Of a DNA stretch of 37,376 bases, positions 13,201-22,860 are shown one piece after another. The notes beneath the pieces were generated by a model. It worked only from the letters and a program-made list of their open reading frames with translations. It made no database searches and was not told where the DNA came from. The stretch lies in IMG/VR virus record IMGVR_UViG_3300045988_112792; one strand, written 5' to 3'. The stretch is from a virus. Each line of letters begins with the position of its first letter. Positions within the stretch are counted from its first letter, which is position 1. The position numbers and the translations under genes are program-made.

Positions 13201-15323
13201 TATCTCACCTCCGAGTCTATCGCGCGTATTGTAAAGCTATACTCTGCATCGTACCGCGCGCGCGTATGTCGGCTGCTCATTTCGGCCATCATGCCAATTA
13301 TTGATATGCCTCGCCGCTTAAAGCATACCTCGTGCCCCAGCAGCGTTTCGAACCGCGCCCGGTCGTCGGGGTCGGTCAGCACCACTGTGCCGCTGTAACT
13401 CTCATCGCGGTACTCGCTCAGCTCCGCCACCGGCAAATCGCGCCCCGCGTAGTGCGTATACGTCACGTCCTGCACCACGCTCCGGCTTACTGCGCGCTCC
13501 ACGTCCGTGCCCAGTCTAAGCGATAGCCACTCAAGCGCGCCGCCCGTGTCCGTCGCCGCGATAACTGCGCCCGATATTTTTAGTGCTGCCGTCACCGCAT
13601 TGGACAGCGTATAGTCGCCGCCGCTGCCGTCCGTTGCCATCATTATGCCGTATACCGTATATGTGTGCGTCGTGGGCGCGGCGTACTCATCCGTATACTG
13701 CATGTTCGTCGTGCGTCCGATCTCTTTGCCGTCGCGATGCACCCGATAGCTGTCATACGTGCCGGTCGTCGTCCAGCTTAGTGTAGCCTTATGGCCGCTC
13801 GCCGCACAGCTTAACGTTATCGCTGCACCCGGCGTGTTGGCCGTTGCTGCCTCTATGTTTTGCCATGCGCCTGACATGCCCAACTTATTCCGCGCGCGTG
13901 CCGAAAAGGTATGCTTGCCATCCGGCAGTATGACGTCGGGATAAAAGTCGTATGGCGGCTGCGTATCTCCTACTGGAACTATGCCATTTTGGTATAAAGC
14001 GCCGTTGTCTATGTTAAGCTCATACGTCACTGCATCCGACGACGTAATTTGCACGCGCGGCAGGGGTTTGGTTGTTGCGCTTAGCGTGCCCAGCGTTGGT
14101 GATTTAAGCACCACTATGTCGGTATACGTCTCGTTGTATTGATTGTCGCTTGTGTATACTCCTAGGTTAATTCGCTGTTTGCCCGAAAAATCTATTGGAT
14201 TTACCGTTGCTTGCTGCTCCGTGTAATTTTTGCCTAAAAAGATTAATTTGCCGCCTTGTCCTTCAAGCGGTCTTCTAGTTATGCGGCATTCTTTTTGTGT
14301 TGCACCTACATCTGACGAAAAACTCCATTTAAACGTTATGCCGTTATCTCCATTGACATACTCATATGACGGCGACACGATAGTAATGTATGGTACTGGT
14401 GAGTATGCGTTTAACGTTTTTTGCCAATAACTATATTTACCCCCAACATCTGTCAACGTTACTTTAAGTTCAACGTTGCCTTTCACAGTTTGTGGCAACT
14501 TAAAGTATATTACGCGCCCAATTATGCCGTCTTGGGGTACTTCTGATTCGTTGGCTGTTTGCCACGTTTGCCCGCCGTCGGCACTATATTCGACCTTTAG
14601 CTGTGCCAGCGCTCGTTGCGTTGTGCCATTTTTAACTGCGCCGTACACCAGCCGATTGCCCCTAAATGTTGGCGTCTGCCCCGTAAAAAGGTTACTTGCA
14701 CTTTTTACTTCGCCGTTTATGCCGTATATGGCTAGCTCTGGCGCGTCGTTTGAGGCTTGTACCCCTTGAGCAGCCGAAATGTTATTCCAGCTTACCGTGT
14801 AGTATGGTTGCGCCCACTGTACTGGATCCCCCACCTTGCCCATTGTGACTACCATTTTGGTGCTTTCCGCGCCAATGGGTAAGATTCTTATATGTCTTGC
14901 GCCTTTTAATATATTTCGGATTAACATTTTGTTTGAAGCAGCATCTGTCCCGCTAACTCCATCGAGTGTAAATCCACTGCCGACGTTGGGAGTTATAGAA
15001 GCATATTGTGTTGATGCCGCCAACTCTGCCGACGTATCTGATGCCGGGCGTGTTTCCCAAGTCACATTAGCATTGTAATAACCAATTATCGTTTCTATTG
15101 CCACTCCCGCACCGGTTGTGTCTTCAGCGTTTTTTGTGCGCGGTATATACTCAAATTTTAAGCTGATCGGGTCTATAGATTCCGCGAATTCATCGTCATA
15201 TTCATAAAATCCCAAATATATTTCTTGGCTATTTTCGGTTTTTACGCCAAATATGTTCTCGTCTAAATCCCGTGCTGCAATTTGCTTGCCTTTCAGGGCT
15301 TTATTGGTAGCGTACCATGCCAT
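13200..15323 (-). CDS. Large distal-tail (Dit-position) protein with Ig/FN3-like inserts
   Basis: First gene after the tape measure. RBS GGAGGGG. The N-terminal approx. 400 aa are encoded by markedly lower-GC DNA (approx. 14100-15323). Confidence 0.55.
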   Translation of the reverse strand: MAWYATNKALKGKQIAARDLDENIFGVKTENSQEIYLGFYEYDDEFAESIDPISLKFEYIPRTKNAEDTTGAGVAIETIIGYYNANVTWETRPASDTSAELAASTQYASITPNVGSGFTLDGVSGTDAASNKMLIRNILKGARHIRILPIGAESTKMVVTMGKVGDPVQWAQPYYTVSWNNISAAQGVQASNDAPELAIYGINGEVKSASNLFTGQTPTFRGNRLVYGAVKNGTTQRALAQLKVEYSADGGQTWQTANESEVPQDGIIGRVIYFKLPQTVKGNVELKVTLTDVGGKYSYWQKTLNAYSPVPYITIVSPSYEYVNGDNGITFKWSFSSDVGATQKECRITRRPLEGQGGKLIFLGKNYTEQQATVNPIDFSGKQRINLGVYTSDNQYNETYTDIVVLKSPTLGTLSATTKPLPRVQITSSDAVTYELNIDNGALYQNGIVPVGDTQPPYDFYPDVILPDGKHTFSARARNKLGMSGAWQNIEAATANTPGAAITLSCAASGHKATLSWTTTGTYDSYRVHRDGKEIGRTTNMQYTDEYAAPTTHTYTVYGIMMATDGSGGDYTLSNAVTAALKISGAVIAATDTGGALEWLSLRLGTDVERAVSRSVVQDVTYTHYAGRDLPVAELSEYRDESYSGTVVLTDPDDRARFETLLGHEVCFKRRGISIIGMMAEMSSRHTRARYDAEYSFTIRAIDSEVR

Positions 15324-15336
15324 CCCTCACCCCTCC

Positions 15337-17019
15337 TTACCCCATCCTCATACTCCGTCTCTCACTCTGCGCGATCCTTACAATGTCCACAAACTGCTTA
15401 ACATTATCCGCATTAATGGATATGTTATACACATCCCCGCCGCCCATGCGCGCGGTCTCCTGCGCGGTATATACCCGCGTGCCGCGCGGCAACATTACCG
15501 CCTCCGGGCCGTTTTCGCCCACCAGCGCCCAGCCGCCCGGATGGAAGTCCGTGCCGCTCGCGTATCGCGGTATGGTCTTTTGCGCTTTTTGCACATTGCC
15601 CTGCACGCTGCCCACCGCATTGCCCACGCTGCTCATCGCGCGATTAAGGTCGTTGCCCTTGCCCGCGATTACCGCGATTATCGCGCTTAATGCTATCAGC
15701 GCCGCCACCACCGCCAGTATCGTGCCCAGCGTCTTTGTGGCGCTTATGCCAAAGAGGCTGGTTATCGATGTAATGGCCTTTAGCGCCTTGGCCGCCGCCG
15801 CGATTGTGGTTATCAGCGTCACCGCCACCGTCACCGTGGACAAAACGCCCGGCGGTATCGCGGTGATAATGTTCAGCACGCTCGTCAGCACCGGCAGAAG
15901 CGCCAGTGCCATCTGGTTTTTGACCGCCTCGGACGTGTTGTCAAAGCGCTGCATCGCGTCGTCCAGCGCGCCCAGCGACGATACCGTCTCATCCGACATG
16001 ACGTATCCCATGTCGTGCGCCTCTTTGCTCAGCTGCTTTAGCTTTTTGCCGCCGTCCTCGATTAGCGGGTTCAGCCGCCCGGCTTCCTCGCCAAAGATTT
16101 TCATCGCGAGCGCGGCGCGCTCGGTCGGGTTTTTGACCTCCGACAGTCGGCGGATTATCTCCTCAAAAACCTCGTTGCTGTCCCGTAGGTTGCCCTGCGC
16201 GTCGGTCACGCGCACGCCCAGCCTTTTATATGCCTCTGCCGCGTTGCCCGTGCCCGATGTGGCGTCTTTCATCGTGCCAATCATGGATTTTAATGCGTCC
16301 GCGATCTGATCTATCGACACATCCACCAGCTCGGACGCGTATTGCAGCTCTTGCAGGCGCTCAACGCTAAGTCCCGTCTGCGAGCTTAGTGTGATGAGGC
16401 TGTCCGCGTTTTTAGCCGCCGCCACACTGCAGTCCATAAGCCCCTTGACCAGCTTGACGCTCGTGCCCACCAACGCGATCGTGGACCCGTCCACCAAATT
16501 AAGCGCGTCCGTCGCCTTTTTTGCATTTTCAGGTAGGACGATACCGATCTTTTCCGCCACATTGGCTACCGTGTCGCCCAGCGCGCCGCTCTTTGCCTTT
16601 AGCTCGTCCGCCGACATGCCAAATGCGTCTTGATACTTTTGCGCGTTTTCCAGTGCCGCCGCGTTTTCTTCAAGAGCTCTATCAGTTTTGATAATGGCGG
16701 TTTCCATGTTACTTATTTTTATCGCCCAGCCCACCGCCGCCTTGCCGCCGTCGTCTATGGTGGTTATCGCGTTTTCATGCGCTTCGCGCAGTTTGTCCAG
16801 TTCTTTCTTTTGCAGCGCCTGCACCTTGTTCAGGTGCTCGTTTTTTGCCCGCAATGCTTCCAAGCTGTTTGCGTTGTCCGCATACACCGCTTCCAGCTTT
16901 TTGCCCTCGCTGGCCAGCGCGCGCATTTCGCGGCCCATTTCCTCCAGCGCTTTTTTATATTCACGCTCACCATCAATGCCGACAAACGTCGTAATTTTGG
17001 TCGCGTCACTGTTTGCCAT
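15337..17019 (-). CDS. Tail tape measure protein
   Basis: AAGGAGG 8 nt before ATG 17019. Coiled N-terminus. Core motif RLGVRVTDAQGNLRDSNEVFEEIIRRLSEVKNPTERAALAMKIFGEEAG. Hydrophobic stretch ALLPVLTSVLNIITAIPPGVLSTVTVAVTLITTIAAAA. Confidence 0.85.
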   Translation of the reverse strand: MANSDATKITTFVGIDGEREYKKALEEMGREMRALASEGKKLEAVYADNANSLEALRAKNEHLNKVQALQKKELDKLREAHENAITTIDDGGKAAVGWAIKISNMETAIIKTDRALEENAAALENAQKYQDAFGMSADELKAKSGALGDTVANVAEKIGIVLPENAKKATDALNLVDGSTIALVGTSVKLVKGLMDCSVAAAKNADSLITLSSQTGLSVERLQELQYASELVDVSIDQIADALKSMIGTMKDATSGTGNAAEAYKRLGVRVTDAQGNLRDSNEVFEEIIRRLSEVKNPTERAALAMKIFGEEAGRLNPLIEDGGKKLKQLSKEAHDMGYVMSDETVSSLGALDDAMQRFDNTSEAVKNQMALALLPVLTSVLNIITAIPPGVLSTVTVAVTLITTIAAAAKALKAITSITSLFGISATKTLGTILAVVAALIALSAIIAVIAGKGNDLNRAMSSVGNAVGSVQGNVQKAQKTIPRYASGTDFHPGGWALVGENGPEAVMLPRGTRVYTAQETARMGGGDVYNISINADNVKQFVDIVRIAQSERRSMRMG

Positions 17020-17032
17020 CCTGCTCACCTCC

Positions 17033-17670
17033 TTACATCGGCACTATGTCGTCTATGTCCGTCGCGGGCATAAGCTCCTTAGGATCGGCGGTCATGTAGT
17101 ACCGCATCATAAGGTACTGCTGCTTGCTTTGCTCAATGTGCGCCTTGTATAGCCTCAGCACCCACCCCGGCGTAAGCCGCCACGCCGCCCGCTCGCTATA
17201 CCCCAGCACCGCCATCGATATGTACATGTACCACGCCAACGCCCGCCGCTCCCGCGCCGCCGGGTCGTCGGGAGCGTCCGGATCGTCGGCGCCTATGCGT
17301 TTGGGTCGTCCGCCCCCGCCGCCGTCGCCGCGTCGGTCAGTCCGTCTGTCAGCGCCCGGATTACCGCCGTAAATATTGGCCGTATCTCTATCGCGCGGGT
17401 ATGGCGCTTGATGTACTCCGGCGTGTAGTGCTCCGGCACGTCCGCGCCCGATTCCGCCTGCCGGTCAATGTCGTCGTTGACCATGGCGCACAGCGTCCAT
17501 ATGGCCGCGTCGCGCATCTGCCGCTCATCCTCGGACTGCAGCAGCTTAAAAAGCTCATCCGTGCTCTTGTACTTGTCGCATATCGCGTCCAGTACGTTCA
17601 GCGTCAGCACAAGCGCATACTCGTGCCCCTCCAGCGTGTACTTGACGCCCGTCTCTTTTATCGCGCCCAT
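17033..17670 (-). CDS. Predicted -1 frameshift fusion form of the tail assembly chaperone (G-T analogue)
   Basis: The ORF 17033-17239 is in the -1 frame relative to 17293-17670. I verified codon by codon that this frame is open from upstream of the slippery site through 17239. Confidence 0.55.
17293..17670 (-). CDS. Tail assembly chaperone (short form)
   Basis: Lies between the major tail protein and the tape measure. RBS AAGGGG before ATG 17670. Confidence 0.7.
   Translation of the reverse strand: MGAIKETGVKYTLEGHEYALVLTLNVLDAICDKYKSTDELFKLLQSEDERQMRDAAIWTLCAMVNDDIDRQAESGADVPEHYTPEYIKRHTRAIEIRPIFTAVIRALTDGLTDAATAAGADDPNA
17299..17305 (-). promoter_or_regulatory. Slippery heptamer C CCA AAC for -1 programmed ribosomal frameshifting
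   Basis: Minus strand reads GAC CCA AAC GCA TAG in frame 0. It fits X XXY YYZ, 2 codons before the stop. Confidence 0.6.
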
Positions 17671-17699
17671 AATTTCGCCCCTTTCAAGCCAGGCGGGCA

Positions 17700-18275
17700 T
17701 TAGGTAATGCCCGCCTGTGTCTTAAGCCATGTCACGGCTTTAGCCTCATCCGCCACCGTGATCTCGCGCTTCCACTCGCCCGTCGCGTCCAGCTGTATGG
17801 TGCCTTGTATCGTGGGCGTGCCAAACGTCACCTGTTCGCCTTTTGTATCGAGCGTCTCGTTAGGGTAGCCAAACTTGACGCGCGGGAAAAATATCGCGCG
17901 GTAGCTGCGCACGCCGCCTTTTTTTCGCGGCGCGTAAAAGCCAAGTCCCACATCCGGCACGTCGTCGTCGCCCTTAAAAAGCAGCGCTTTGGTAGTCTCG
18001 TCTCCCTGCACCTCGCCCGCCGTCTCAGTCGCGCCGAATATAAATTTCGCCGCTTCCTGCGACAGATCGTCTACATTAAGATCGACCGTGCCATCCTGAA
18101 AGCCTTTTTCGGATTCCGCCAGCCCGTCGTCCGCATACAGCGTTACACTGTACTGGTTGATCGATATACTGGCCTGTATCGCTTTGGCCAGCACCATGCC
18201 GTCGGTATGGCTGACCGTGCCGCCGCTCTCGGCGTACTTGCCGACCACCGGGTACTTAAGTCCTATCATAGCCAT
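17700..18275 (-). CDS. Major tail protein
   Basis: RBS GGGAGGG. 191 aa. Sequence resembles phi13-type major tail proteins (MAMIGLKYPV ... FFPRVKFG). Called partly by synteny. Confidence 0.75.
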   Translation of the reverse strand: MAMIGLKYPVVGKYAESGGTVSHTDGMVLAKAIQASISINQYSVTLYADDGLAESEKGFQDGTVDLNVDDLSQEAAKFIFGATETAGEVQGDETTKALLFKGDDDVPDVGLGFYAPRKKGGVRSYRAIFFPRVKFGYPNETLDTKGEQVTFGTPTIQGTIQLDATGEWKREITVADEAKAVTWLKTQAGIT

Positions 18276-18294
18276 AATTTTGTCCCTCCCTTAC

Positions 18295-18645
18295 TCAGTC
18301 TACATCCTCGGTATAGTTGCACTCCATCTGCGCGTGATACATCTGCGTCTGATCGTCGTAATCCTCGCCCAGCCCGCGTATGCCGTCAAACCCCGCCGTG
18401 CGCAGCGCCTCATACGCCCGGCGCACCAGCGCCACATGCCCCGTGCGCGCGTATATGTCTATGTCATACGTGTGCCGGTTGGCGCGCAGCGTGTCGTCGC
18501 TCCAGTGCATCGGCTCGCTCTGCGTGCACTGATACACCGCCAGCGCGGGCGCGTTGTCGCCTCTGTACAGTATCCGCCTGACGGGTATCTGTAAGGCATC
18601 CTCCAGCGCTGTCTGAAGCGCCGCGTCACTGTCCCTATAAGCCAC
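18295..18645 (-). CDS. Tail completion / tail terminator-position protein
   Basis: Called by synteny, immediately upstream of the major tail protein. Confidence 0.5.
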   Translation of the reverse strand: MAYRDSDAALQTALEDALQIPVRRILYRGDNAPALAVYQCTQSEPMHWSDDTLRANRHTYDIDIYARTGHVALVRRAYEALRTAGFDGIRGLGEDYDDQTQMYHAQMECNYTEDVD

Positions 18646-19069
18646 TTTGCACCCACACCTCCATCATCGCGTCGTGTATCTTGCTCTTTGCGCGCTTGTG
18701 AGTATTTGTCACCCACAGCGTCGCCCTGATCCGGCCTTTGCCCGACTTTTTGTAGGGCGAGCGGCCATACTCCAGAACCGTGCCTATCCGCGCGCGATCC
18801 TGTTTGTGCTTATTTTTGCCGGTGGGCTTTATCTCGACCCACGCCGACGTGGACGTGTGCTTGACCTTGCCCACCCTTATGCTTTTAGCCAGGTCGCCGG
18901 TCGGATGCTTTGTAAAAGTGCGCTTGATCTCCGCGCGGAATTCTTCTTGCAGCACCGCGCCGCCTACTTTAAGCATCTCGTCCACGACTTTGCCGACGCC
19001 CGCCTCGCCGCGCGTCATGCGCTTGGCAATCTCGTCAAAGCCCTCTAAATCCAGCTTCCACAGCGCCAT
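18635..19069 (-). CDS. HK97 gp10-like head-tail joining protein
   Basis: Called by size and position. Motif KHPTGDLAKSIRV ... VLEYG is typical of the gp10 family. Confidence 0.6.
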   Translation of the reverse strand: MALWKLDLEGFDEIAKRMTRGEAGVGKVVDEMLKVGGAVLQEEFRAEIKRTFTKHPTGDLAKSIRVGKVKHTSTSAWVEIKPTGKNKHKQDRARIGTVLEYGRSPYKKSGKGRIRATLWVTNTHKRAKSKIHDAMMEVWVQSGL

Positions 19070-19380
19070 CAGCCTGCGCCTCTTTCTTCTAGCGCCTCCA
19101 GCGTCAGCTCCACTTTGTCGCCGCGCTTGTACGTGCGCACCACGCGATACCGCACGCCGTCCACTATCGCCACGCGCTGCCGGTCGTAGTCCGCGTCAAA
19201 TATGGTCGCCGTAATCTCGGGCGTTATGCCCGCCTGCTGCGCCGCGTAAAACTCGCGATACCCCACCGCGTCGAGCTGCGCATATACGTCCGCGCGCGCG
19301 GTCTCGATCTCCGCGTCTATGCCCTCCGCGTTACGACTGATCGCAAGCGTGATTAGTGTTACTACACCGTCATATCGCAT
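19069..19380 (-). CDS. Head closure / head-tail adaptor protein
   Basis: Called by synteny. C-terminal YRVVRTYKRGDKVELTLE pattern of SPP1 gp16-like adaptors. Confidence 0.6.
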   Translation of the reverse strand: MRYDGVVTLITLAISRNAEGIDAEIETARADVYAQLDAVGYREFYAAQQAGITPEITATIFDADYDRQRVAIVDGVRYRVVRTYKRGDKVELTLEALEERGAG

Positions 19381-19666
19381 AGTCGCCGCCCCCCGATAAC
19401 GCCAGCATCAGCTTGCGCTGCTGGTATGCCCTCTCAAACCGCTCCGCGCTCGCATTATCCTCATACCCAAAGTGCGCCTTGCAGTACATGATAATGGCTT
19501 CCTGCGTCTGTGGCTCTTGCGTTTCGCCGCCCGGCGCGACGTCGGGCGTATCAATGCCGGACGCGCGCATGTCGGCGCGCGCCGATTCTATCAGCGTCTC
19601 GATCTCCGCGTCATACGCCGTGGACTTAATTCTCAGCGCCAGCTTTACCAGCTCCAGCATCCGCAC
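19370..19666 (-). CDS. gp6-like head-tail connector protein
   Basis: N-terminal LELVKLALRIKSTAYDAEIETLIESARADM pattern. First gene after the capsid gene. Confidence 0.6.
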   Translation of the reverse strand: MRMLELVKLALRIKSTAYDAEIETLIESARADMRASGIDTPDVAPGGETQEPQTQEAIIMYCKAHFGYEDNASAERFERAYQQRKLMLALSGGGDYAI

Positions 19667-19716
19667 GTCCTCCTTTCATTGGGCGGACGCACCGCGCGCC
19701 CGCCCCTGCATCTGCC

Positions 19717-20943
19717 TTAGCCGCCCGCCTTTTTCTTGAGTTGCACCAGACTATTTTTGTCCACCATCTTGCCGTCTACCAGCATTACGGCCTTGCGCAC
19801 CACGTCCTCGGTGTCATTGTCCTCGTACTGCTTTATAGTCATCTCAAGGTTAGTGTTGAGCGTGTAGTCACTCAGGTTGACTATCGCCGCAAAAATCGTA
19901 CCCGCCGCCAGCGTGCTGGTATAGCTGGGCGCGTGTCGAGTCGTGATTACCTGCCTGCCCAGCAGATACCTCTCGGGCGCGCCCGCGATGCCGTGATCCA
20001 CGCGTGCGATGGGCTGGCCGTTATTGTCCACCATGCCCACAAACGCCATAAAGGTCTTTTTGGACATAAGCCATACCGCGCCCGCCTCGTACTCTTCGGG
20101 CAGTGCCGCCTCCGCATCGATAAGCGTCTGGTACGCGGGCGTTACGCACTCGACCACCTGCCCCGTGGGCGCGGTTTCGCTCAGTATGCCCTTGGGCTGA
20201 TCCATGCCCGTACCCGCGACTATGGCCTTTTCGATCGCGTCGGTCATCGCAAAGGTAATGTTTGCGATTACTTTAGCTTCAAATGCGCTCAAGGCCATCG
20301 TATCGACTTCCAGCGATACCGCCACCGCGCAGCGTAGCTTGTAGTATGCAAAGGATATCATGCCCGACTTTGCCACGGTCTTAGCCTGCTTGTCGCTCGT
20401 GGCGCGCTCCGCCACCCAGCTTGCCGTGGGTTTTACGGTGCTCGTGGGTATCATCAAACCGCCTTTATAGTTCGTGCGGTTGACCAGCGCCAGTATCTGC
20501 CCCGCGCTTTCCAACTTTTCGACAATCTGGTTGAGCACCATGGTGGGTATCACCGCGCCCGTGGACGCGTCCGCCGTCGTGTTAAACGCGTCCGTGCGGT
20601 ACTGCGTGTACTTGCCCGGTATGGGCGTGCCGCGCAGCACGTAGTCCTTAAACGCCTTGCGGTACTCTATCGTTGCAAAAGGATCGTCATCCGCATTGCG
20701 GCGCTGATTGCCCTGCGGCACGAAGCTGGTATCCGGTTCACCCGCGCCCGCTGCTATATCGTCCAGTATCCTTGCCCGGCGCTCGTTGGCCGCGATTAGC
20801 TTAGTGCGCTCTTCCTTTAGCTCCGCGATCTCGGTCTCATAATCGGTCATGGTTTTATCATCCATCTGCGCGCCGCGCGCCTGTATGTCCGCCTGTATCT
20901 CGCCCAGGCGCGTGGCAATGCTTTCCAGCGTCATATTAGCCAT
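19717..20943 (-). CDS. Major capsid protein, HK97 fold family
   Basis: 408 aa with an N-terminal coiled scaffolding-like delta domain (EIAELKEERTKLIAANERR). Lies directly after the prohead protease. Confidence 0.85.
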   Translation of the reverse strand: MANMTLESIATRLGEIQADIQARGAQMDDKTMTDYETEIAELKEERTKLIAANERRARILDDIAAGAGEPDTSFVPQGNQRRNADDDPFATIEYRKAFKDYVLRGTPIPGKYTQYRTDAFNTTADASTGAVIPTMVLNQIVEKLESAGQILALVNRTNYKGGLMIPTSTVKPTASWVAERATSDKQAKTVAKSGMISFAYYKLRCAVAVSLEVDTMALSAFEAKVIANITFAMTDAIEKAIVAGTGMDQPKGILSETAPTGQVVECVTPAYQTLIDAEAALPEEYEAGAVWLMSKKTFMAFVGMVDNNGQPIARVDHGIAGAPERYLLGRQVITTRHAPSYTSTLAAGTIFAAIVNLSDYTLNTNLEMTIKQYEDNDTEDVVRKAVMLVDGKMVDKNSLVQLKKKAGG

Positions 20944-20959
20944 ATGTTTATACCTCCGT

Positions 20960-21529
20960 CTATATCATCGTCTCAATTTCCGCCAGCGCCGTGCGCCGCC
21001 GCATGGCGCCGACTTTGCTCTCTGCCGCGCGCATGTTTTCCGCGCGCGCGCGCGCCGTGATTTCGGTCTGGTCGTTGGCCGGATACGCCACCGCCGATAC
21101 GTCATATACCCTTTTTATCCGCGTGATGGTATCCGTGTGCGTTGTCCGGTCGTACTCACTAGCCTCGACGTCAAACGCCCACGACATCTGCGTAACCAGC
21201 CCCGCCGCAATATCTTCGTACATTTCGCGCGCCGCTGTAGACCTTGACAGGTCTGCGCGTATGTGCAGCCCGTGATCGTCGGGCGCAATGTTCAGCGTGC
21301 CGTTGCTGCTGCGCGCCAGCACTCGTCCGCCGTGATTGTAGAGCATAAGCACGTCGCTCATGTCCGCGCCCTCCAGCGCCGCGCGGCTTATGATCTCCTT
21401 GTACTCAATGCCGTCGTAGCTTTCCCATAGTACATACGGCGCGTCAAAAGTGGTCGCGTACCCCTCTACTATGTACTGCCGCTCCGCGTCGGGGGCGGCG
21501 CGTATCTCAATCGTCCGTACCTGCCTCAT
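20960..21529 (-). CDS. HK97-family prohead serine protease
   Basis: VEGYATTFD, LMLYNHGG (His) and TQMSWAF (Ser) motifs. Lies between the portal and capsid genes. Confidence 0.85.
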   Translation of the reverse strand: MRQVRTIEIRAAPDAERQYIVEGYATTFDAPYVLWESYDGIEYKEIISRAALEGADMSDVLMLYNHGGRVLARSSNGTLNIAPDDHGLHIRADLSRSTAAREMYEDIAAGLVTQMSWAFDVEASEYDRTTHTDTITRIKRVYDVSAVAYPANDQTEITARARAENMRAAESKVGAMRRRTALAEIETMI

Positions 21530-22763
21530 CCTTTACATCCTCTCCTTTTCGGTTTTTGCCGTCGTCCACGACCTGCGCTGAGCCTATGCCGCCGTTGCTA
21601 TTTATCTCGCCATAGTCGCGCCGCATATAAAACTTGTCGCCGTCCGCGCTCTCGATGCGCGGCAAGTTGAGTATCTCGCGCGCCTCGTTGCGCGTCAGCA
21701 CGCCGCAGTTGAGCAGGTTGTATATAAGCGTGCGCTTGGTCGAGTTGCTCGCGTACTGCAAGCGGTTGGCTGTAAACATAATCTCGTTGCCAAACGCCAC
21801 TTCGCGCGGCGTGAAGGTCATGTTGGTCATGACTAGACTTAGCTGCACCGCAAAAGGCTCAATCGCGCCCTCGTAAAACGCGTTCCATTGATCCTCAGTA
21901 TAGTTATTTTCGAGGATCGCCGAATTGACGCCGAAATACTGATATACGTTATCTTGTATAATTCGCATCTGATCGGCGTTTATGGTGTACTGCTCGCTTT
22001 TGACCGGCGTCAGCTCCGCGATCTTGCCGTCCTGTACGATAAGCCCGCTTTGGTTGGTGTCCGGGTTAAGGTTCTTTTCGGCAAATTCCTCGCGGATTTT
22101 GTCCACGTCTGCGTCCTTGAGTATCGTGCCCAGTCGGGCGATGTACCTGACTACCGCGCTGTTGCGTATCGCGGTAAGCTGTCCCTGATCCTGCGCGTGC
22201 ATAAGCTGCAGCGTGGGCTTGAGCACATTATTGCTCTCGCCAAAAAAGTCGTTGCGGTATGCGTACTTGGTCAGTATACCGACCCGGCTCAACTCTATCG
22301 CCTTGCGCTGCCCGTTGCCAAAGGTATAGCGCACATACGGCACGCCACCCTTGTCCACCACCTCGGCCACCTGCGGTACTACCGGGTAGTAGCCTACCAG
22401 CGCGCCCGCCTCATCCTCAACCGGCACGATAAATGCCGTATTGTTAGTGTCGAGTATAGTGCTCACGCGATATAAAAATTTGGTCGTGTCCATGTATGGG
22501 TTAGGCCGGTATTGCAGCACGCTCTCCAGACTTTTGCGCGCCGTGCCGCTGATCTCAGGCTTTAGCTTGCTCGCGAGGTTGGCTCGCGCATGTATCGCCG
22601 CGCGCGTCAGCGCCATCTCGTACAGCCCGCCCTCGTATGTGGTATACGCGGGCGCGTAGCCCGACAGCGTGGTAAAGTACGCCGCGGCGGCGGTGTTCTC
22701 GGTCTTTTTAGGCCGCTTGAATATTGTCTCAAAAATTCCCGTTTTTCTCACCTCCCCCGCCAT
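21507..22763 (-). CDS. Portal protein (HK97 family)
   Basis: 418 aa directly downstream of TerL. Acidic C-terminus. Called by synteny. Confidence 0.85.
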   Translation of the reverse strand: MAGEVRKTGIFETIFKRPKKTENTAAAAYFTTLSGYAPAYTTYEGGLYEMALTRAAIHARANLASKLKPEISGTARKSLESVLQYRPNPYMDTTKFLYRVSTILDTNNTAFIVPVEDEAGALVGYYPVVPQVAEVVDKGGVPYVRYTFGNGQRKAIELSRVGILTKYAYRNDFFGESNNVLKPTLQLMHAQDQGQLTAIRNSAVVRYIARLGTILKDADVDKIREEFAEKNLNPDTNQSGLIVQDGKIAELTPVKSEQYTINADQMRIIQDNVYQYFGVNSAILENNYTEDQWNAFYEGAIEPFAVQLSLVMTNMTFTPREVAFGNEIMFTANRLQYASNSTKRTLIYNLLNCGVLTRNEAREILNLPRIESADGDKFYMRRDYGEINSNGGIGSAQVVDDGKNRKGEDVKDEAGTDD

Positions 22764-22860
22764 CGCTTGCTTTCAATGTCTTACACTCTTGACCTTTTGC
22801 TTACGTTTTCTCTTACCTTTTCAGCCAAATCTTTCATTTTGCAAATTTTTATGCTTATCA

